DNA from: an uncultured Alphaproteobacteria bacterium
GTDB taxonomy: Bacteria; Pseudomonadota; Alphaproteobacteria; JAPULJ01
Assembly: GCA_964494065.1 (NCBI GenBank)
Contig: CAZBRE010000001.1
Span: 14,737 to 78,736, forward strand
Direction of reading: 5' to 3'
DNA length: 64,000 nt
The position numbers and the translations under genes are program-made. This document shows, one piece after another, positions 38,002 to 48,494 of this stretch (position 1 is the stretch's first letter; every line of letters begins with the position of its first letter). The notes beneath the pieces were generated by a model. It was not told the DNA's origin. It did no database searches and saw nothing but the letters and a program-made list of their open reading frames with translations.

Positions 38002-39237
38002 TTGTTTGAGCGCCGCTTGTTCCGGAAAAAACCGAAAATGTCGTTTGGACGCATAGGCGTTTGGACGGTGGCCGCCGTGGTGCTGATCGCGGGCGGCTAC
38101 GGATTCGTCCGCTGGACCAGCGGCGCGAGTACCGTTCGGGCCGGCCGGGTTCTGCCGCCGGCGCCGGTCACGGTGGCGCGCGTCACGACCGCCGACGTAC
38201 CCGTGAGGCTCAGGGTCGTCGGCACCGTGCAACCGGTCGAGACCGTCGCCATCAAGTCGCGGGTCGACGGCCAGATCGTCAAGGTCCACTTCGCCGAGGG
38301 CCAGATGGTCAAGAAGGGCGATCTGCTCTTCTCGATCGATCCACGGCCCTTCGAGTGGCAGCTGCGCCAGGCCGAGGCCAATCTCGCGCGCGACCGGGCG
38401 TTGCTCGCCAAGGCGCGGGCGGACCTCGAGCGCATTCAGCCGCTGTGGCAGCGCGGCGTGGCGCCGAAGCAGACGTATGACGCGGCGGTCGCCGGCGTCA
38501 ATTCGCTGCTCGCGACCATCCAGGCCGGCCAGGCAACCACCGAGCAGATCAAGCTGCAGATCGAGTTCGCGGCCATCCGCGCGCCGATTGACGGCAAGAC
38601 CGGCGCAGTGCTGATCAACGCCGGCAACCTCGTCAAGGCGAACGATACCGGCGCGCTGGTGGTCATCAACCAGCTGCGGCCGATCGACGTGACCTTCGCC
38701 ATTCCCGAGCGCCATGTCGAAGCGCTGCGCACGGCCAGGCAGGCCGGACCGGTGGCCGTCAACGTCACGCGCCCCGACGAGCCCACGCCCTTCGCCACCG
38801 GCAAGCTCATCTTCGTCAACAACGCCATCGACGCCGCCACCGGCACGATCCAGCTGAAGGCGCGCTATGAGAACACGGACGGCAACCTGGTGCCGGGCCG
38901 CTTCGTCGGCGTGCAGGTGACGCTCGCGGTCCGCCGCAACGCGTTGGTGGTGCCGTCGGAGTCGGTCCAGGTCGGCCAGCGCGGGCGCTACGTCTTCGTC
39001 GTCAAGGCCGACCTCACGGTCGAGCAGCGCATGGTGCGCGACGGCATTTCCGAGGGCGGGCGCACCGTCATCGAGTCGGGCCTCAAGCTCGGCGAGACGG
39101 TGGTGACCGACGGCCAGCTGCGGCTCTTCCCGGGCATCAAGGTGACGCCGCGCCCGCCGGCGACGCGCGGCGGCGCCCGGCCCGGGCCCGCGGTGCGCAA
39201 GACCGGCGGCAGCAGCCTGGCGAAGGACGACCACTGA
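38002..39237 (+). CDS. RND efflux periplasmic adaptor (membrane fusion protein)
   Basis: 411 aa AcrA-like; alternative start at M13 (38038). Confidence 0.85.
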   Translation: MFERRLFRKKPKMSFGRIGVWTVAAVVLIAGGYGFVRWTSGASTVRAGRVLPPAPVTVARVTTADVPVRLRVVGTVQPVETVAIKSRVDGQIVKVHFAEGQMVKKGDLLFSIDPRPFEWQLRQAEANLARDRALLAKARADLERIQPLWQRGVAPKQTYDAAVAGVNSLLATIQAGQATTEQIKLQIEFAAIRAPIDGKTGAVLINAGNLVKANDTGALVVINQLRPIDVTFAIPERHVEALRTARQAGPVAVNVTRPDEPTPFATGKLIFVNNAIDAATGTIQLKARYENTDGNLVPGRFVGVQVTLAVRRNALVVPSESVQVGQRGRYVFVVKADLTVEQRMVRDGISEGGRTVIESGLKLGETVVTDGQLRLFPGIKVTPRPPATRGGARPGPAVRKTGGSSLAKDDH

Positions 39238-42200
39238 TGACCCTGCCGGAGCTCTGCATCCGCCGGCCGGTGATGACGACGTTGCTGATGGCGACGCTGC
39301 TCATCTTCGGCATGATGTCCTACCGCGCACTGCCGGTGAGCGAGCTGCCCAACGTCGACTTCCCGACCATCCTGGTGACCGCCGCCCTGCCCGGCGCCAG
39401 CCCCGAGACCATGGCCGCGACGGTGGCCAAGCCGCTGGAGGCGCAGTTCTCGACCATCGCCTCGGTCGCCTCGATGAACTCCTCTAGCGCCCTCGGCCTG
39501 TCGCAGATCACGCTCCAGTTCACCCTCGACCGCGACATCGACGCGGCCGCCCAGGACGTGCTGGCGGCAATTGCTGCCGCTGGGCGCAACCTGCCCTCGG
39601 GCATGCCGAGCCCGCCGACCATCCGCAAGGTGAACCCGGCCGAGCAGCCCGTGCTCTATCTCGCCATGTCCTCGGCGACGCTGCCGCTCTCCACGGTCGA
39701 CGAATACGCCCAGACGGTCTTCGCCCAGAGCCTCTCGATGGTGCCGGGCGTGGCGCTGGTGCAGGTCTATGGCAGCCAGAAATACGCGCTCCGCGTCCAG
39801 GTCGACCCCGGCAAGCTCGCGGTGCGCGGCATCGGCATCGACGAGGTCGAGCGCGCGGTGCGCGGGGTCAACTCGAACCTGCCGACCGGCACGCTCGACG
39901 GCGCCAAGAAATCGATGACGATCAGGACCACCGGCAAGATTACCGGGGCCGCGACCTACGGCCGGCAGATCGTCGCCTACCGTAACGGCGCGCCGGTACG
40001 CCTGCGCGAGCTCGGCCAGGTGATCGACGGCGTGGAGAATGAGCGCGTGGCGAGCTGGTACAGTGGCAAGCGCGCGATCATCCTGGCGATCCAGCGCCAG
40101 CCCGGCTCGAACACCGTGAAGGTGGTCGGCGACATCAAGGCCTCGATCAACCGCATCAAGCGGCTCCTGCCCGCCTCGGTGCAGTTCAATGTGATCTACG
40201 ACCGCTCGCTCTCGATCAAGGCCTCGATCCACGACGTCCAGTTCACGCTGCTGCTGGCGGCGCTGCTGGTGATCATGGTGATCTTCCTCTTCCTGCGCCG
40301 GCTCTGGGCGACGGTGATCCCGGCAATCGCCCTGCCGCTTTCGGCGATCGGCACCTTCAGCGTGATGGCGATGTTCGGCTTCAGCCTCGACAATCTGTCG
40401 CTGATGGCGCTGACGCTCTCGGTCGGCTTCGTGGTCGACGATGCGATCGTCATGCTGGAGAACATCGTCCGCCACATCGAAAAGGGCGAGACGCCGCTTC
40501 AGGCGGCGCTCAAGGGCTCGCGCGAGATCGGCTTCACCATCATCTCGATGACCATCTCGCTCGCCGCGGTGTTCATCCCGGTGGTGTTCCTGGGCGGCGT
40601 GGTCGGGCGTCTCTTGAACGAGTTCGCAGTGACCATCGTCGCGGCGATCCTGGTCTCGGGCTTCGTCTCGCTGACCCTGACGCCGATGATGTGCGCCCGC
40701 CTGCTGAAGGACGACCGCGAGGTCAAGCACGGCGCACTCTACCGCGCGATCGAGCGCGGCTTCGATGCGATGCTGCGCGGCTACGAGCGCAGCCTGCGTT
40801 GGTGCGTCAACCACGGGCCGGTGATGCTGCTGGTCTTCGCGCTCTCGGTGGCGGCGACGGTGCATCTCTTCCGCGTCACCCCGCGCGACTTCCTGCCGAG
40901 CGAGGATACCGGGCGCATCGTCGCTTTCACTGCGGGCGGCCAGGACATCTCCTTCGCGGCGATGAAGGTCCACCAGCAGCGCATCGTGGGCATTGTCAGC
41001 CGCAATCCCAACGTCGAGGCCACCATGTCGTCGGTCGGCGCCGGCGGCCCGCGCGCGACCTCCAACTCGGGCACCATCTTCATCCGCCTGAAGCCGCGCG
41101 ATCAGCGCACGGCGCATGTCGACCAGATCATGCAGCAGCTCCGCCGCCAGGTCGCGAACGTGCCGGGCATCCGCGTCTTCTTCCAGAACCCGCCGCCGGT
41201 CCGCTTCGGCGCCTACATCACCAAGGGCAGCTACCAGTATGTGATGGAGAGCCTCGACATCGAGGAGCTCTACCGCTCGGCGACGGCGATGCAGCTCGCC
41301 TTGCGGCGCCTGCCCGGCCTGCAGGACGTCTCCAGCGACATGGATATCTCCAGCCCGCAGGCGGTGGTGTCGATCGACCGCAGCCAGGCGGCCGCGCTGG
41401 GTGTCTCGCCCGAGCAGATCGAAAGCGCCCTTGCCAGCGCCTTCGGCACGCGCCAGATCTCGACGATCTCGACCTCGTCCAACCAGTACCAGGTGATCCT
41501 GGAGGTGCGCCCGCAGGACCGCGAGAACCTCGACGCGCTGTCGCAATTGTATGTGCGCTCGAGCGCGGGGCCGCTGATCCCGCTCTCGGCCGTGGTGACG
41601 ATCAAGCAGGGCGTCGGGCCGCTGACCGTGAACCACCGCGGTCAGCTCCCGTCGGTGACACTCTCCTTCAACCTGCGGCCAGGGGTCTCGGTCGGCACGG
41701 CGCTCGCCAGCGTGCGCACGCTGGAGCGCCAGATCCGCCTGCCCGCCACCGTCGCCACCAGCTTCCAGGGCGCCGCCGAGGCCTTCGCCAGCTCGACGGA
41801 AACCCTCGGTATCCTGATCATCCTGGCGCTGGTCGTCGTCTACATCGTGCTCGGCATCCTCTACGAGAGCTTCATCCACCCGCTGACCATCCTCTCGGGC
41901 CTGCCCTCGGCGAGCTTCGGCGCGCTCTTGATACTGCAGATCTTCAACGTGCCGCTCAGCCTGTATGCCTTCGTCGGCGTGATCATGCTGATCGGCATCG
42001 TCAAGAAGAACGCGATCATGATGATCGACTTCGCGCTGGCCCGCCAACGCGCCGACAATCTGCCGGCGAACGAGGCCATCTTCGAAGCCTGCCTCGTGCG
42101 CTTCCGCCCGATCATGATGACGACGATGGCCGCGCTCCTGGGCACGCTGCCGATCGCGATCGCCTTCGGCGCGGGCGCGGAGGCGCGCCAGCCGCTCGGT

Positions 42201-42338
42201 CTCGCGGTCGTCGGCGGGCTGCTCGTCTCGCAGCTCCTGACGCTCTATCTGACGCCGGTGATCTACGTCTATCTCGACCGCCTGTCGCATTGGCGGCCAT
42301 TTCGCCGGGGCGGCGCGGTAACGGTCCCGGCCGAATAG
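39237..42338 (+). CDS. RND efflux transporter permease (AcrB/HAE1 family)
   Basis: 1033 aa; the start overlaps the adaptor stop (ATGA). Confidence 0.95.
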   Translation: MTLPELCIRRPVMTTLLMATLLIFGMMSYRALPVSELPNVDFPTILVTAALPGASPETMAATVAKPLEAQFSTIASVASMNSSSALGLSQITLQFTLDRDIDAAAQDVLAAIAAAGRNLPSGMPSPPTIRKVNPAEQPVLYLAMSSATLPLSTVDEYAQTVFAQSLSMVPGVALVQVYGSQKYALRVQVDPGKLAVRGIGIDEVERAVRGVNSNLPTGTLDGAKKSMTIRTTGKITGAATYGRQIVAYRNGAPVRLRELGQVIDGVENERVASWYSGKRAIILAIQRQPGSNTVKVVGDIKASINRIKRLLPASVQFNVIYDRSLSIKASIHDVQFTLLLAALLVIMVIFLFLRRLWATVIPAIALPLSAIGTFSVMAMFGFSLDNLSLMALTLSVGFVVDDAIVMLENIVRHIEKGETPLQAALKGSREIGFTIISMTISLAAVFIPVVFLGGVVGRLLNEFAVTIVAAILVSGFVSLTLTPMMCARLLKDDREVKHGALYRAIERGFDAMLRGYERSLRWCVNHGPVMLLVFALSVAATVHLFRVTPRDFLPSEDTGRIVAFTAGGQDISFAAMKVHQQRIVGIVSRNPNVEATMSSVGAGGPRATSNSGTIFIRLKPRDQRTAHVDQIMQQLRRQVANVPGIRVFFQNPPPVRFGAYITKGSYQYVMESLDIEELYRSATAMQLALRRLPGLQDVSSDMDISSPQAVVSIDRSQAAALGVSPEQIESALASAFGTRQISTISTSSNQYQVILEVRPQDRENLDALSQLYVRSSAGPLIPLSAVVTIKQGVGPLTVNHRGQLPSVTLSFNLRPGVSVGTALASVRTLERQIRLPATVATSFQGAAEAFASSTETLGILIILALVVVYIVLGILYESFIHPLTILSGLPSASFGALLILQIFNVPLSLYAFVGVIMLIGIVKKNAIMMIDFALARQRADNLPANEAIFEACLVRFRPIMMTTMAALLGTLPIAIAFGAGAEARQPLGLAVVGGLLVSQLLTLYLTPVIYVYLDRLSHWRPFRRGGAVTVPAE

Positions 42339-42413
42339 CGATCTATCCTCGGAAATTGGCTCTACGGATAAGGGCTCTGCGGATAACGGCGGGGTCGCGA
42401 TGGACTGTGCCGT

Positions 42414-43544
42414 TTGTCTGCATGTCCGACTTCGAATCTCCGATCGGGCCGAAGACCTGATACATTGCCGATTGTGATCCAAGCCAAAAGACATACAGAC
42501 GACCCCGCCTCGATATATTTCCCAGACGTGACCGTGCTGCTGGGCGATCCGCGGATTGCCGACGGCTCCAAGCGCGAAGGCGCCTTCCACGAGGAGGACT
42601 TCGCGACGCGCGACGCGATGAAGGCGGCGTTCGAGAGCCTGCCCGGCTATTCCTTCCGATATCTCGACGACCACACGACGATCCTTGAGGACCTGCGCGC
42701 GGCGCCGCCGCAGTTCGTCATCAACTTCTGCGACACGGGCTTCCGCAACGACCCCTATCGGGAGCTCAACCTGCCGGCCTATCTGGAAATGCTCGGCGTG
42801 CCCTATTCGGGCGCGCCGCCGGCGGCGATGGTGCTCGCCTGGGACAAGTCGATCGTGCGCGCGATTGCGCTCGCCTCGGGCATCGACGTGCCCGACGAGG
42901 TCACTGTGGCGCCCGACGACGACGTCGAGGCGTGCCTGCCCGAGCGCTATCCGGCCTTCGTCAAGCCGGCCTGTGCCGACGGCAGCGTCGGGATCACGGT
43001 CGATGCGATCGTCAAGGACCGGGCCGCGGCGGAGAAACGTGTGCGCGCGGTGCAGACCGAGCTGCCGGGCCGGGCGATCCTGGTGCAGGAGTTCCTCTCG
43101 GGCACCGAATACGGCGTCGGCGTGATCGGCAACCCGGATAGCGGCTTCACGGTGCTGCCGCCGCTCGAAGTCGATTACGGGAGCCTCGATCCCGAGCTGC
43201 CGCGCCTCCTCGGCTTCGAGTCGAAGGCGATGCCCGACTCGCCCTATTGGTCCGACATCCATTTCCGCGAGGCGCGCTTGTCGGCCGCGGATCGCGCGAA
43301 AATCGAGGCCGCGGCGACGACGATGTTCGAGCGCCTGAACCTCCGCGACTACGGCCGCTTCGACTTCCGCGCCGATGCCGACGGCCGGATCAAGTTCATG
43401 GAATGCAACCCCAACCCGGCCTGGTCGAACGACGGTAAGCTCGCCTACATGGCGGGCTTCGCCGGCATCGAGTACCGCGACTTTCTACGCCTGATCCTGG
43501 AGACCGCGCAGGCGCGCGCGGCGGCGGAGCTGGGAAAAGCCTAA
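42414..43544 (+). CDS. ATP-grasp protein, D-alanine-D-alanine ligase-like
   Basis: Ddl-like layout (VTVLLGD...SKREG...; EYGVGVIGNP; FDFRADADGRIKFMECNPNP). The start is either ATG 42414 or in-frame GTG 42474. Confidence 0.7.
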   Translation: MSACPTSNLRSGRRPDTLPIVIQAKRHTDDPASIYFPDVTVLLGDPRIADGSKREGAFHEEDFATRDAMKAAFESLPGYSFRYLDDHTTILEDLRAAPPQFVINFCDTGFRNDPYRELNLPAYLEMLGVPYSGAPPAAMVLAWDKSIVRAIALASGIDVPDEVTVAPDDDVEACLPERYPAFVKPACADGSVGITVDAIVKDRAAAEKRVRAVQTELPGRAILVQEFLSGTEYGVGVIGNPDSGFTVLPPLEVDYGSLDPELPRLLGFESKAMPDSPYWSDIHFREARLSAADRAKIEAAATTMFERLNLRDYGRFDFRADADGRIKFMECNPNPAWSNDGKLAYMAGFAGIEYRDFLRLILETAQARAAAELGKA

Positions 43545-43550
43545 GCCGCG

Positions 43551-45641
43551 CTAGACGAGATCGCGCGGGATCGTTTCGGTCCATTCGCGGGCGAAGACCT
43601 CGCTCAGTCCCTCGTTGGCCGTAATCTTCGCGGTGACGATGAAGTCGGTCTTGGTGGCGGTGAGCTCGATGCGGCCGCGCAGCTCGGGTGCCCAGGCGCC
43701 GCGGCGGAGCAGCGCATGGGCGACGATCTCGCCCGAGGCGGTCAGCGGACTGGCTTCGCCGATGCGATATTGCTGGAGCAGCGCGAAGCCCGCCTCGAGG
43801 TCGATATCCTCCAGATGGATGAGCGCCGCGCCGTCGAACTCGCCGCCGTCGTCATAGATCCGGTAGGTCACGTCGCCTGTCAGAAGGTCGCGCTCGAAGG
43901 TGCGGCGGAGTGTGGAGTCGCGGAGCACCGTGCCGCTGTTCGAGGGGCCGGTCTCGGGCGGCGGGAAGGCGGGCAAGTCGTCGTCCTCGGCGCGCGGCGC
44001 GCGCACCGGCAGGACCACGCTGCTGGCGCCGGTATGAACGCCGAGCGTGACCCATTCCGGCGTCGGCCAGACGATCGGCCAGTAGGCGGTCGAAATCGCC
44101 ACGCGCACCCGGTTGCCGGCCGCAAAGCGGTGGGCGATGTCGTTGAGGCGGATCGTCGCCTCGGTGCGCTGGCCGGGCACGAGCGGCTCCGGATGCTCGT
44201 GGCTCTCGCGGTGGCTGAGGTTGAGCACGCCGTAGCTGACCCGCGCCGAGGTGCCGTCGGGGAAGACGTCGTTCAGGCGCACGATCACGTGGGCGACCGG
44301 CCGGTTCGATTCGAAGACCAGATGCAGTTCGGGCGCGCCCATGATCTCCAGCGGCTCGTCGAGGGCTTCGCTGTCGAAGACGAGCGAGCGGCCGTCGTCG
44401 GGGCGCTGGTCGATCGGCATCTCGCCCTCGCTGCCCATGGCGCACCAGCTTCCCGCGGTGATGCCGGTGGCGGGCGGCGAAACGACCTCCAGGAGCGCCT
44501 CTTCCGCGGCGCCAGGGATCAGCAGTCCGGCGGCGTCGAGGGCGAGCGCGTGGGGCGTGACGTTGTCCGACGGCCAGCCGGGCTCGGCGATCCAGCGACC
44601 GGGCCGCTCGTCGTATTGTGGCTGCGGGGCGAGGCTGTCTTGCATCCAGACACGGTAGAGGGGCTCGTCCATGATGCCGGTGTCGACGCCTTTGAGCCAA
44701 TGGTCCCACCAGCGCAGCGCTTCCTGGAGGAAGCCGATCGCCGGCGCCGGCACGCCGTTGTGCGGGAAGACATGCGCCCAGGGGCCGATGAGCCCCTTGC
44801 GCGGAACGTCGAGCCCTTCGAGCAGGCGCGGCACGGCGTTCGAATAGCCGTCGGCCCAGCCGCCGATCGCATAGACCGGGCAGGTAACCGCGGAATAGTC
44901 CTCGCAGACCGAACCGTGCTTCCAGAAGTCGTCGCGGCGCTGGTGGCCGAGCCAGTGGGCCGGGAACAGCACGGCGTTTTCCAGCCGCTCGAGCCACATC
45001 TCGCGCCAGCGGTCGCCGACGATGTCGGGGTCGGGCGGCAGCAGGTGGTACATGAAGAAGGCGCTGCCCCAGATCAGGTTCTCGTTGAGCAGGCAGCCGC
45101 CCATGTAGTGCGCGTCGTCGGCATAGCGGTCGTCGGCGGCGCAAAGCGTGATGATGGCCTTCAAGGCCGGCGGCTGGCGCGCGGCCACCTGCAGTGAATT
45201 GAAGCCGCCCCAGGAGATGCCGAACATGCCGACGGCGCCGCTGCACCAGGGCTGGGCGGCGAGCCATTCGATGACGGCCGTCGCGTCGTCGTGCTCGGCC
45301 TCGGTGTATTCGTCGAGGGTCAGGCCGTCGCTGTCGCCCGAGCCGCGGATGTCGACCCGCACGCTCGCATAGCCGTGGCCGGCGAAGTAATGGTGCATCG
45401 GCTCGTCGCGGGCGCGCATGAAGTCGCGCTTGCGGTAGGGCAGGAACTCAAGCAGCGCCGGGACCGGATCGGCCTCGGCGTCCTCGGGCAGCCAGATGCG
45501 CGCCGCGAGCTGCACGCCGTCGGGCATCGGGATCCAGGTGTTCTCGATGACACGGACGGGACGCGGGAACTCGGTGACGATCTTCAAGCGCCGCTCCGGT
45601 CCGTCGTCACGAGGCCCGCCGGGCGCCGTCGCGGCGTCCAC
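43551..45641 (-). CDS. CocE/NonD family hydrolase (S15 X-Pro dipeptidyl-peptidase-like alpha/beta hydrolase)
   Basis: Motifs RDGVRL-like (MPDGVQLAARIWLP), GISWGG nucleophile region, and a C-terminal beta-sandwich. The start is uncertain: GTG 45641, or ATG 45749 would overlap the upstream gene. Confidence 0.8.
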   Translation of the reverse strand: MDAATAPGGPRDDGPERRLKIVTEFPRPVRVIENTWIPMPDGVQLAARIWLPEDAEADPVPALLEFLPYRKRDFMRARDEPMHHYFAGHGYASVRVDIRGSGDSDGLTLDEYTEAEHDDATAVIEWLAAQPWCSGAVGMFGISWGGFNSLQVAARQPPALKAIITLCAADDRYADDAHYMGGCLLNENLIWGSAFFMYHLLPPDPDIVGDRWREMWLERLENAVLFPAHWLGHQRRDDFWKHGSVCEDYSAVTCPVYAIGGWADGYSNAVPRLLEGLDVPRKGLIGPWAHVFPHNGVPAPAIGFLQEALRWWDHWLKGVDTGIMDEPLYRVWMQDSLAPQPQYDERPGRWIAEPGWPSDNVTPHALALDAAGLLIPGAAEEALLEVVSPPATGITAGSWCAMGSEGEMPIDQRPDDGRSLVFDSEALDEPLEIMGAPELHLVFESNRPVAHVIVRLNDVFPDGTSARVSYGVLNLSHRESHEHPEPLVPGQRTEATIRLNDIAHRFAAGNRVRVAISTAYWPIVWPTPEWVTLGVHTGASSVVLPVRAPRAEDDDLPAFPPPETGPSNSGTVLRDSTLRRTFERDLLTGDVTYRIYDDGGEFDGAALIHLEDIDLEAGFALLQQYRIGEASPLTASGEIVAHALLRRGAWAPELRGRIELTATKTDFIVTAKITANEGLSEVFAREWTETIPRDLV

Positions 45642-46599
45642 GCGGTGTGCGGGCGTGCTCGATCGACCAGAAGCGCAAGGCCAGGCGATCGCGCACGTCG
45701 AAGCCGACATCGAGGTCCCAGCAGTTGACGATCGCGAGACGGAAGCCACCCGGCGGCATGGCGTGGGTCTCGGCCGGCCGGTCGGCGTGGAAGGTGATCT
45801 GGATGCTGGTGACCTCGTCGTACTCGTCGCACAATCTTGGAACCTGGGTGCGGTCGATCATATAGTCGATGCCGTGGGCGCCGAAGAGGACGACGCTGTA
45901 GCCGGTGCGCCGGTCGGTGTCGTCGAACGCCCAGACGCCCTCGCTGTAGAGCCGCACCACCGCCTCGATCCAGCCGGCCCCGTAGAGGTCGGGCCACTGG
46001 TCGCTGAAGCGGAGATGGCATTCAATGATGCGCCCGCCGATGGTCTCGAAATTGACCATGCCGGAATAGCCCTTGAGGTTCTTCAAGAGCCAGGCGCCGC
46101 AATAGTCCTCGATGTTGGGCCGCGCCTCGGCGTGGATCGTCCAGTAGTCGAACATGCCGCCCTTGAGCGGCTCGCCGGTGACGTGGCGCCACCAGCGCGC
46201 CTCGCCGTCGACCACCGCGACGTCGCTCGAGACGTGCTCGCCTTCCAGCAGCTCGCTCCACATATGGCCCGGCGCCTGGCGTCGGCGCCACTGCTCGAGC
46301 GAGCGGATGACGCGACTGCCCGTACCCATGCCGCGCATGTTGTAGATAGGCTTGGAGAAGACCGGGAATTCCGGCGGGGTAAGGCCGTGCGGCGCGCATT
46401 GGATGCCCTGGCTCTCGGCGACGAGGAGCTTGTTGTAGACCCAGCGCTGAGCCGGATAGAGCTGATACGCATCACCGTCATCCGTTGGCACGACGATGGT
46501 ATCGGGACAAGGCACGCCCTCGAAATACTGCTCGCGCCAGGGATCGGTTTCGTTGATCGGCATTCGAGGAACCACCTTCGGCGGACGTCGCGGAGCCAA
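45607..46599 (-). CDS. hypothetical protein, possibly ATP-grasp fold
   Basis: 330 aa. Weak ATP-grasp-like features (FSKPIYNMRGMGTGSRV; GEHVSSDVAVVDGE; MVNFETIGGRIIECHLRFSD). No confident family assignment. Confidence 0.4.
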   Translation of the reverse strand: MAPRRPPKVVPRMPINETDPWREQYFEGVPCPDTIVVPTDDGDAYQLYPAQRWVYNKLLVAESQGIQCAPHGLTPPEFPVFSKPIYNMRGMGTGSRVIRSLEQWRRRQAPGHMWSELLEGEHVSSDVAVVDGEARWWRHVTGEPLKGGMFDYWTIHAEARPNIEDYCGAWLLKNLKGYSGMVNFETIGGRIIECHLRFSDQWPDLYGAGWIEAVVRLYSEGVWAFDDTDRRTGYSVVLFGAHGIDYMIDRTQVPRLCDEYDEVTSIQITFHADRPAETHAMPPGGFRLAIVNCWDLDVGFDVRDRLALRFWSIEHARTPRGRRDGARRAS

Positions 46600-46923
46600 G
46601 AGTACAAAGAGTACAATATGCCGCCGCCCTCTTCACCATCCTCCAAAGGGTATGAAGCTATTGCGGCAGGTGAAAGACAGCCGGTGCGAGGCTGTCCTTA
46701 TCGCGCGACCGAAACGCCAGCAGCGGTCGGAGATACTGCACTGTCTCCGTCAGGGCTTCGGGATCCGGTTCCACAATTCCATCATCCGTGGGCCGACCCA
46801 AGATGGACGCGCAGCGCACTGTGCAGCATGCGATCCGATGAGCGTGACGCGGGCGAGAAGGCGATCGCCGCCTTCCGCCCGGGCCGGCGAGCACGCCCGT
46901 CCCGCCCAGCCCACCGCGTGTCG

Positions 46924-48177
46924 CTAGCCGCGCTTGCGCCAGCCGCGCATCGGCCAAATCGGCTTGCTGACCGCCGCGCTCTTCGGCAGGACCACCAATG
47001 ATTTGCCGCCGCGGTTCTGTACCCCAGAATTCTTCGTATCCGGGTTCTGGCCTTTCTCGTTGAACTTGATGCCGGGACCCGTGGAGACGTTGTCCTTGAT
47101 GTCGGTCGCCTTGAGGGCCGCCTGCAGCGCGGTGTTCTTGGTCGAGCCCGCGCGGCGGAAGGCGTCGGACGCGATCAGCAGCGCCTCGAATGTGTGCGAA
47201 TGGTTGGGGCCCATATTTCGGTCGGGAAACCGCTTGGCGAACTCGGCGGCGAGCGCCTGGGACATCGGCTTTTTGGCATCGTGCCACGGCACCAGGCTGA
47301 TGACGTCGTCGCCATACTTGCCGGTCGCGCGCATATAGGCATCCTCGTACCAGCCGGGCCCGGTGGAGAGGACGCCCATCGGCTCGTAGCGCTGCTTGAC
47401 CATCTCCTTGGTAAGCGCAATCGCGTCGTTGAGACGGCTCACCATCCATACCGCCTCGGCGCGGCTGGCCTTGGCCTTGCGGATTTCGCTCGCGAAGGCG
47501 CGGCCGTAAGGATCGTAGGAGACCTTCTCTACGATCTTGTAGGGCATCTTGAATTTGGGAGCCAAGGCGAACAGCGCGCCGGCGAGGCTGGTGCCGAACG
47601 TGTCGTTCACATGCAGCAGGGCCACGGTCTTGGGTGTGTGGCCGCTGATCTGGAAGAGCTCCTTCTGATTGAGGAACGCGTCCTTGACCACCATCGGGCC
47701 GGTCGGGAAGTTGCGAAAGACCCACTTGTAGCCGAGCTCCGTCAGCTTGGGCACGGCGGCGATATTGACGACCAGAGGAATGTTGTGCTGCTCGCAGACC
47801 TGCGCCGCGGCCATGGTCGCGCCCGAATCGAAGCAACCGATGATGAGCTGCGCCCCGTCATTGATCAGGCTCGCCGCGCGCACGCGCGCGACGTCGACCT
47901 TGGTCTCCGTATCGGCATGCATCAGCTCGAGTTCGGGAAAGCCCTTGGCCTTCAGCAACGGGAGACCGGCGTCGACGCCGCGCAGGCAATCAAGGCCGAT
48001 CTGGCCTTGCGGCCCCGAGCGGGGCAGCAAGATGCCGACTTTGAGCTTGCTGGCCGCGAGGCCATGTCTGAGGGGCACCGCGGCCGCAACCGCGCTGGCG
48101 GCAACGATCGAGCCAAAGCGCCTCCGGCTGATCCGCCGGCCGAGGTGATCGAAGTAAACCTTTGTCCGTCCTGCCAT
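46924..48177 (-). CDS. ABC transporter substrate-binding protein (Peripla_BP_6 family), Tat-type signal
   Basis: Start at Met 48177 (MAGRTKVYFDHLGRRISRRRFGSIVAASAVAAAVPLRHGLA). Orphan: no permease or ATPase genes adjacent. Confidence 0.8.
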   Translation of the reverse strand: MAGRTKVYFDHLGRRISRRRFGSIVAASAVAAAVPLRHGLAASKLKVGILLPRSGPQGQIGLDCLRGVDAGLPLLKAKGFPELELMHADTETKVDVARVRAASLINDGAQLIIGCFDSGATMAAAQVCEQHNIPLVVNIAAVPKLTELGYKWVFRNFPTGPMVVKDAFLNQKELFQISGHTPKTVALLHVNDTFGTSLAGALFALAPKFKMPYKIVEKVSYDPYGRAFASEIRKAKASRAEAVWMVSRLNDAIALTKEMVKQRYEPMGVLSTGPGWYEDAYMRATGKYGDDVISLVPWHDAKKPMSQALAAEFAKRFPDRNMGPNHSHTFEALLIASDAFRRAGSTKNTALQAALKATDIKDNVSTGPGIKFNEKGQNPDTKNSGVQNRGGKSLVVLPKSAAVSKPIWPMRGWRKRG

Positions 48178-48494
48178 GTTTTCGTCCTCCCGCCCTCGGG
48201 CTTGGTTCATTAGTCGTCTACCGTACTATTCGCTTCTCGCAGCCTATACCAAGCCCGATATTTCAGAAACCTGCCGATGAGCGCCGGTAAGCGGATACGG
48301 TCGTGGGCGCAGGGCGGCGGATGCGCGCGCCGGCGTCGATGTCAGTTCCGGTGACGGGCCGGCGAAGCGGCTCGAGGTGGCCGAGGTGGCCGCGTCCTGG
48401 GTGCACGGCCGGATCGTGCAGCCCAATGGCGGCCTCGTCTGAGCGCGGGCCGCGATTGCGCTGACCGGCCCATCGAAGGATAACAACCACCGTA

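Noticed and set aside
38988-43262. 1424-aa minus-strand ORF
   Set aside because: Antisense to the plus-strand RND permease and ATP-grasp genes. Arg/Asp/Gly-rich nonsense translation; a stop-free artefact of ~68% GC.
46600-46923. 320-bp gap with a GACAGCC-N7-GGCTGTC hairpin (~46672-46692)
   Set aside because: It could be a terminator for the minus-strand binding-protein gene, but the hairpin lacks a convincing U-tract and no conserved small ORF is evident. Not reported as a feature.
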